Shown here one piece after another: positions 16,940 through 21,082 of a DNA stretch of 23,596 nucleotides. The notes beneath the pieces are model-generated. The model was not told the origin of the DNA. It searched no databases and was given only the letters and a program-made list of their open reading frames with translations. The position numbers and the translations under genes are program-made. The stretch comes from Nanobdellota archaeon. GTDB taxonomy: Archaea; Nanobdellota; Nanobdellia; Pacearchaeales; GW2011-AR1. Within the stretch, counting starts at the first letter, position 1. The number at the start of each line of letters is the position of its first letter. The DNA lies in contig JBBTAH010000031.1 in assembly GCA_038044285.1 (NCBI GenBank), positions 1 through 23,596 on the forward strand, read 5' to 3'.

Positions 16940-18489
16940 CGGAGAAAACAGAAAAAAAAGAACGAAGCGAAGGAACATTAACAGCGAGGCAACTTATTAA
17001 GGACAGGAGTTTGGAAAGTTATACTGATGAGGTTTTTAGAGTTATTCATGATAGGGGCATGAACTCGCGAAGATTATACTCTGGAGATATTGAACTTATT
17101 TTAGGATATGTTACAGGAGATAGAAAGAGAAAATCAGCTGATTTAGCTGATGAATCTGAACCTGTTCAGATGCCTACAACTGACAGCTCAAAGCTGATTT
17201 TGAAAGTAAGAGATCCGGTTAGAAAAGTAACTAGATATATGTTTGCCGGCGATTTGGAGAATCTTGACTCTGATTCTGACAGAGAAGATGTTTTCCTTCA
17301 GGATTTTGTTTCTAGACTTGAAATGTCTTTAGATTATAGGCCGCCGAGTAAGCGTGGAGGCGGCGGAGGAGGAGGAGGAGGCGGTGGCGGCGGAGGTAAA
17401 AAACGAGAAGAAGTCAGAATTGCTGGGAGAGTTGCCGCTTATTTGTTAGATCATAGAGATGACCAAGGACTGGTTTCTTTGTTATATGGAGAACCAAGAA
17501 ATGATTCTGTTAATTTAACGAACAGTACAGCGCTTTTAGAAGGAATTGCTTCTAGTAGAGTTATTGATCTTTTGAGAAGTAGAGGGCTTGAGATTGAAGC
17601 ATTGACTCCTGAAGGACTAATGAATTTAGCGAAGAAAGAGAAGGCGCGAAGGTTTGCGAGAGATGTTGCCAATTATTTCCATGAAGGAAATGGTCAGTTC
17701 ATTAAGATTGGAGAGAATGGTTTTAGAATAGAATGGGACAGGGCAGACGATGCAAAAGATATTATCCGATGGCTTGAGCAGAATATAGAATTTTCTGAGA
17801 AGGGATTGCCATTTTATATGAATTGTGTTAAGGCGAAGTTAGAGGGCCAGCTTTCTGCACGCCATGGGCCTGTGAATGTGAGAACGTTGTTTAAGCATTG
17901 GACAATGGCTTCTTCCCATTATGAATTTGTGAGAGCCCATAGCTACACTAGGCCGATGCTTAGAGAGAATGCGCGGAAAATTGACTTTGATGATTTGGCT
18001 GCAAGAATAGTTAAAGATTTTACAGGGAATCCAAAATATAATGAAGGAGATGCTAGAAGATTTATCGGAGGATTGTTTGTTGCTGGAAAAATAAATCTTT
18101 CTGATAGAACAGACGGCGCCCGTACAGATTTTGAGACATCTGAAAGAACGGGGAACTATGCTGATTATGTTATTGTAAAATATAATGAAATTGGAGAGCT
18201 TGTACAAAGAACAATGGGGAGAATTGTAGCCGGGAAAGCAAAAAAGAGCGTTAATCCTGCTGACGCTTCACTTTATTCATCGGTGAAAGAAGGAAGATTG
18301 GAAATAAAAGACAGAGCAGATGCAAGACATTTAGCCAGAACATTAAGGGCGCAGTTAACTGACACTGAAAGGAAGAAAATTACTGATAGAGTAGTTGCTA
18401 ATAGAGTATTATCTGACCAAGGAGTCGATAAAATATTTGCTTTGTATGTTTGGAATGAACGTGATAATCTTGTAAAGAGATATTCTTAA
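16936..18489 (+). CDS. hypothetical protein (517 aa) with an internal poly-glycine linker
   Basis: Its ATG overlaps the stop of the upstream gene (ATGA at 16936..16939), implying translational coupling. A 14-codon Gly run flanked by basic residues (PPSKR-G14-KKREE) separates a 140-aa N-terminal region from a 360-aa C-terminal region. I recognise no family. Confidence 0.7.
   Translation: MTEKTEKKERSEGTLTARQLIKDRSLESYTDEVFRVIHDRGMNSRRLYSGDIELILGYVTGDRKRKSADLADESEPVQMPTTDSSKLILKVRDPVRKVTRYMFAGDLENLDSDSDREDVFLQDFVSRLEMSLDYRPPSKRGGGGGGGGGGGGGGKKREEVRIAGRVAAYLLDHRDDQGLVSLLYGEPRNDSVNLTNSTALLEGIASSRVIDLLRSRGLEIEALTPEGLMNLAKKEKARRFARDVANYFHEGNGQFIKIGENGFRIEWDRADDAKDIIRWLEQNIEFSEKGLPFYMNCVKAKLEGQLSARHGPVNVRTLFKHWTMASSHYEFVRAHSYTRPMLRENARKIDFDDLAARIVKDFTGNPKYNEGDARRFIGGLFVAGKINLSDRTDGARTDFETSERTGNYADYVIVKYNEIGELVQRTMGRIVAGKAKKSVNPADASLYSSVKEGRLEIKDRADARHLARTLRAQLTDTERKKITDRVVANRVLSDQGVDKIFALYVWNERDNLVKRYS
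17356..17397 (+). repeat. GGN microsatellite (14 consecutive glycine codons)
   Basis: It reads gga ggc ggc gga gga gga gga gga ggc ggt ggc ggc gga ggt in frame. This is the most GC-rich 42 nt I noticed in the window. Confidence 0.95.
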
Positions 18490-18579
18490 TGACTTTTGAT
18501 TTATTAAATTATTTATTATTGTTAATACAGAATAATTGGGCTCTTTTTGGTTCGTAAATATATCAATTATTTATTTTTA

Positions 18580-19020
18580 TTATTTTTCTTCGTGCCAATT
18601 TTCCGGCTCTTTGATGATGCCGTAGCCAACATATAATTCATCTATGCCGTCTTCTTTGTCAGGAGTGAATCTTTCTTTTACTCTGTAACGCACATCTTCG
18701 ACTTGGTCTTCTAATTTTACTGTGAAAGGAACTTCAATTACTCCGCTTCTGTTTCTAATAGCTGAATCATGTATTGAAGTTGTAAAAATCGGTTGTTCTG
18801 GGTTGCCGCGCCGTACGTCTCCAGCTTTTTGAAACATACTTAGAGTTGCTTTTTCTTTATCTGCATCTACAAAATATCCTATAATTCTTTCTGTTCCTTC
18901 GTATAATGCGGGATTTCCTGGCTGATATTCAACGTAAACTGCCGGAAAAACAATTTCTATTAAATCTTGAGGCTTCGCATCGCTCATTATTTCTCTTAAT
19001 GGTTTATATGCTTCGCTCAT
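18580..19020 (-). CDS. hypothetical protein (146 aa)
   Basis: Complete ATG ORF whose start overlaps the stop of the upstream gene (ATGA at 19020..19017). I recognise no motif, and the sequence looks mostly beta-strand-like. Confidence 0.65.
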   Translation of the reverse strand: MSEAYKPLREIMSDAKPQDLIEIVFPAVYVEYQPGNPALYEGTERIIGYFVDADKEKATLSMFQKAGDVRRGNPEQPIFTTSIHDSAIRNRSGVIEVPFTVKLEDQVEDVRYRVKERFTPDKEDGIDELYVGYGIIKEPENWHEEK

Positions 19021-19499
19021 GCTCTTACAGCTTTGAAATAAGCAATTCTGTTTGCAGGACTACCCTTTGGAATTTCATCAACAATTTGGAGACCTTGTCT
19101 GGCGTAATCTATTGCTTTTGGGGTGAAGTATAGTCCATTTTCACCGACTCTTGCGCCTGCTAGCTGACCGAAACCAAATTTTTCACAGATTGCTTTAGGA
19201 CCTAAGTCTTCACTGCCTGCAACTATTTTCCTTAAAGTTATTAGGCCTGTTTTTCCGTCGGCATGAGCTGTAATTACGGGAATATTTCCTCTTCTGCTTG
19301 AGAAAACTCCGATTGAACCTGGAGCTAGGGAAAACAATTCACTGTCTGTGTCTCTTATTGCTGCGTCCCATGCGTCGACTTCTGTTAAAACACCCGAATA
19401 AGCATTACTTGCTGAACTATAATTAAAAACTCCGCTAAACATTAAATCTCTTGCAACTTGTTTAGAATTTCTATTCCAAAAATCTTTGTCAAATGTCAT
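19017..19499 (-). CDS. possible 3-methyladenine DNA glycosylase (AAG/Mpg, PF02245)-like protein; the start is uncertain (ATG 19499 gives 160 aa, TTG 19697 gives 226 aa)
   Basis: By eye the sequence follows the AAG pattern. FWNRNSKQVARDLMFSGVF compares with FF..PA..LAR.LLG..LV. GVLTEVDAW compares with G.IVETEAY. LFSLAPGSIGVFSS...GLITLRKIVA compares with MF..PG..YVY..YG....VLIRA.EP. LGPKAICEKFGFGQLAGARVGENGLYF compares with SGPgKL..ALgI....G.dl.....l.i. This similarity starts right at Met 19499, which also has a TTTATAAA box at the standard 25.5-nt spacing. The track ORF extends 66 codons further, to a TTG that overlaps the upstream gene. Confidence 0.4.
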   Translation of the reverse strand: MTFDKDFWNRNSKQVARDLMFSGVFNYSSASNAYSGVLTEVDAWDAAIRDTDSELFSLAPGSIGVFSSRRGNIPVITAHADGKTGLITLRKIVAGSEDLGPKAICEKFGFGQLAGARVGENGLYFTPKAIDYARQGLQIVDEIPKGSPANRIAYFKAVRA

Positions 19500-19520
19500 A
19501 ACTTTGTAATTAATACAGGC

Positions 19521-19528
19521 TTTATAAA
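19521..19528 (-). promoter_or_regulatory. TATA box upstream of ATG 19499
   Basis: TTTATAAA, a palindromic 8-mer, with its centre 25.5 nt from the A of ATG 19499. The spacing is identical to that of the other promoters in the window. Confidence 0.45.
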
Positions 19529-19559
19529 TTTTGTGGTTACTCCTTATTTTTACAATATG

Positions 19560-19608
19560 TCGAAGTGCTTCTTGATAACTCCAGCCTTTAGGCTGGAGAG
19601 CACTTCGA
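19560..19608. repeat. GC-rich compound inverted repeat (stem-loop with 10-bp and 8-bp stems)
   Basis: The plus strand reads tcgaagtgct-(tcttgataa)-ctccagcc-ttta-ggctggag-agcacttcga. The outer arms 19560..19569 and 19599..19608 and the inner arms 19579..19586 and 19591..19598 are perfectly complementary. The loop is 4 nt and there is a one-sided 9-nt bulge. Confidence 0.9.
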
Positions 19609-19689
19609 GCATCCAAAAATCGAGCACCAATCAAACCACATCTTTTAAGGTGTGGTGGTGCATCGATTTTTTGATTATCGTGCGCTTTT

Positions 19690-21081
19690 TTATTCAATAA
19701 CTATCAGGCTCTTGACCATTCCTTTAACTTGACCTACTTTTTTTCTAAGCCTGAAATGCTCCAATGTTTGGCTTAAGAGTTTTCTTTCTACTTCATTTGT
19801 TTCTTCGTCTTTTTCTTTTTCAATTTCTAATATTGTTGCATTCTGGTCTTTTACAAATTGCTCTTCATATAATGCTCTTTTTTTTGTCAACAAAATTGTT
19901 GCTATAACATCGCTTTGCGCGAAAACTACTGGGTTTATTGCTGTACAAATATCTTTCAAGCATCTTTTTGCGTCGTAGTTTACTGCGTTGTTTGCCCTTG
20001 GAATCCTGCAACTGCCGAGATATCTACCCAAAGACCTTTTTCTTTTTGTCATATCTTTTAAAAGTTCCCTGTCTTTTTCATTTAAAGTTGACAATCTTGA
20101 TGCAAGCAGAAGGTCGCTTCCGTCTATTCCTTCGTCCTGCATTAATGCAAGATATCCGAACATATTTTCCTGCACGAGTTTTTCAACAAATCTTATTCTA
20201 TCTTCTTCTCTTATTCCTTTTTTCCCCACTTCTTCGTCTAAAGTTACAGCTCTTGATTTTATTGGATCTTCTAGAAGCTCAAAGAAGAAATCTCTCCATC
20301 TGACTCCGTGCCTTTCTTTTAGTCTTCTTAACATTGGCCGGTATTGGCCCCCGATTCTTTTTTTGGCAAATGCGTTATCTTTTATGTCAAATCTGTCAAG
20401 AAATCTTTCAATGCCTCTTTTGTAATTGGCATCGTCTCTGTAAGTTTCGTACGCTTTTAGGAATTCAGATGCCGCTTCTCTTGCTAGGATTCTATCTTCT
20501 AAAATATCAACGACTCTTTTTTTGGCTTTATCGCTTAATGTTTCTAAGACCAGGCCGGTAATTAATTCTGGATTTGAGACTATTACGCTTAGAATTCCGT
20601 ATCTGTTGAATCCGTCGACACCTTCCATATATTTAAGCGCTTCAAGGTATTCGTGATTTTTCAGCTCTTTTGTTCTCTCAAGGTGCTCTATTACTCCGTT
20701 TAATAAAGGAGAATATGTTCCGACGCTGTTCCCATTTACTAAGGTTTTGTCGTGAGCGTTCCAAGATAGCAGGAAATTATCTAAGGTGAATCTAGGGTCA
20801 TATCTTAGAACTTCATAATTTGCTAAGAAATCGTCGACTGCATGCGGCAGTCCGTTTGTTGCGCAATTTAATGCGCAGTAATCTAAGATTAGATTTCTTT
20901 GCTCTTCATTCAGGCCTGATTCTCTAAGAGCATCCAACATGTCTGGGTGCGGTTCAAAAATTTCGCCTTGAAGATAATCATTAAAGTATCTTCTAAACCT
21001 GCTGACTACTGCTATTCCTTCTTCACTTAAGCTTGAATATCTTTCATTTGCTCTTGCCTCTAAACTTTTTATTTCACTCAT
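19690..21081 (-). CDS. hypothetical protein (463 aa), mostly alpha-helical in appearance
   Basis: Complete ATG ORF that starts 1 nt after the stop of the SNF2-methyltransferase gene (TAAAATG). A G8 run lies 8-15 nt upstream of the ATG. I recognise no family. Confidence 0.7.
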   Translation of the reverse strand: MSEIKSLEARANERYSSLSEEGIAVVSRFRRYFNDYLQGEIFEPHPDMLDALRESGLNEEQRNLILDYCALNCATNGLPHAVDDFLANYEVLRYDPRFTLDNFLLSWNAHDKTLVNGNSVGTYSPLLNGVIEHLERTKELKNHEYLEALKYMEGVDGFNRYGILSVIVSNPELITGLVLETLSDKAKKRVVDILEDRILAREAASEFLKAYETYRDDANYKRGIERFLDRFDIKDNAFAKKRIGGQYRPMLRRLKERHGVRWRDFFFELLEDPIKSRAVTLDEEVGKKGIREEDRIRFVEKLVQENMFGYLALMQDEGIDGSDLLLASRLSTLNEKDRELLKDMTKRKRSLGRYLGSCRIPRANNAVNYDAKRCLKDICTAINPVVFAQSDVIATILLTKKRALYEEQFVKDQNATILEIEKEKDEETNEVERKLLSQTLEHFRLRKKVGQVKGMVKSLIVIE

Positions 21082-21082
21082 T

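Noticed and set aside
17356-17397. G-quadruplex potential of the GGN tract
   Set aside because: The G runs are only 2 nt long, so only weak two-tetrad structures could form. The in-frame glycine-linker reading explains the sequence fully.
13448-19600. Recurrence of the 9-mer gctggagag (about 13449, about 13550 and 19592) as a possible dispersed motif related to the stem-loop
   Set aside because: This was a post-hoc observation. One copy lies inside gatD coding sequence, the surrounding sequence is not similar, and the other copies have no partner arm.
20308-20325. RLKERH in the 463-aa orphan, matching the HEPN Rx4H pattern
   Set aside because: A six-residue pattern in a basic helix is expected by chance. 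I could see no other HEPN-like features.
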